From NCBI GenBank assembly GCA_977030845.1, contig OZ365114.1, forward strand, positions 26,350,001 through 26,414,000: DNA of 64,000 bases. Reading direction: 5' to 3'. Shown here piece by piece: positions 63,541 to 64,000 of this stretch (position 1 is its first letter; every line of letters starts with the position of its first letter). The translations under genes and the position numbers were made by a program. Source of the DNA: Fimbriosthenelais zetlandica. Its lineage: Eukaryota. The notes below the pieces were generated by a model, which ran no database searches, was not told the origin of the DNA, and saw nothing but the letters and a program-made list of their open reading frames with translations.

Positions 63541-63721
63541 CGTGGGAAGAGGGGAGGCATCCTGGATACGCGTCGTCTAGCCTTAGCAACGCTGGCGACG
63601 TAACGTCGTGTCAAGTGGTAGCGGCGGAGGACCGTGGGAAAGATCGCTGGCTGGCGGCGACGCATCCTGGATACGCGTCGTCAACCTTAGCAACGCTAGC
63701 GACGTAACGTCATCTCAAGTG
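63541..63721. repeat. Duplicated CpG-rich 60-bp cassette (period 105 bp), each copy preceded by CGTGGGAA
   Basis: 63557-63617 and 63662-63721 align with about 5 differences. CGTGGGAA occurs at 63541 and 63633. Confidence 0.9.
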
Positions 63722-63910
63722 CTTTTCCGCCAGATGTTACAATTGGATGTAATTAAAAGGCATTGGGACCTGTCAAAGTGATATGTCAACTTTGATTTAT
63801 GGCTGTTAAACTTTGCCCGAATATGGGCCATCATGCACCTCATGACCCTGTGACTGGGTCTCTAGGGGAAAGAAGTTTGCTCTATAGATCTAGGCCCGAC
63901 AATACTAAGT

Positions 63911-63934
63911 TAAATAAGTTTCTCAACTTATTTA
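63911..63934. other. AT-rich inverted repeat (10-bp arms, 4-nt loop)
   Basis: TAAATAAGTT-TCTC-AACTTATTTA. Confidence 0.7.
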
Positions 63935-64000
63935 TTTTGAAAAATATACAGAATTCAGGGGGGAAATGGTGCCTATATAAATATACCCGTTATTTGGGCC

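Noticed and set aside
1181-63665. The supplied six-frame ORFs as genes
   Set aside because: All are short (at most 168 aa), many use non-ATG starts, the longest arise from R/Y low-complexity tracts or minisatellites, and none resembles a family I recognise.
1-64000. Conserved bilaterian or cnidarian miRNAs, snRNA, 5S/7SL, histone stem-loop and telomeric arrays
   Set aside because: A by-eye check found only seed-length chance matches and no full mature sequences. A cmscan and MirGeneDB search would be needed to exclude them formally.

Overview
This looks like AT-rich (roughly 40% GC by eye) animal genomic DNA, most likely a marine invertebrate bilaterian. That assignment is an inference from a tRNA-derived SINE with a MetaSINE-like core and from CTCF-like motifs. 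No protein-coding gene, rRNA, tRNA, known miRNA or autonomous transposon ORF can be supported, and none of the ORF-track translations resembles a family I recognise. The window reads as a gene desert or very large intron: long purine- or pyrimidine-biased low-complexity blocks alternate with short mixed-sequence, often CpG-richer modules containing transcription-factor-like motifs. Directly visible features are a SINE fragment (about 119-240), several mini- and microsatellites, G4-type C/G runs and a few long palindromes. The most interesting signals are regulatory and unproven: (1) a duplicated CpG-dense cassette at 63541-63721 with CSL, RFX-half, CRE-like and NK2 motifs; (2) an RFX-SOX-RFX module at 27169-27210; (3) promoter-like signatures with no visible gene at about 17.5 kb (NRF1/ETS) and 51.5 kb (divergent YY1 motifs, each followed by a donor-like site); (4) a convergent pair of CTCF-like motifs at 17662 and 51554; (5) five copies of CCCTGATTAA between 24 and 41 kb. 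All motif assignments are by-eye pattern matches, not scans.
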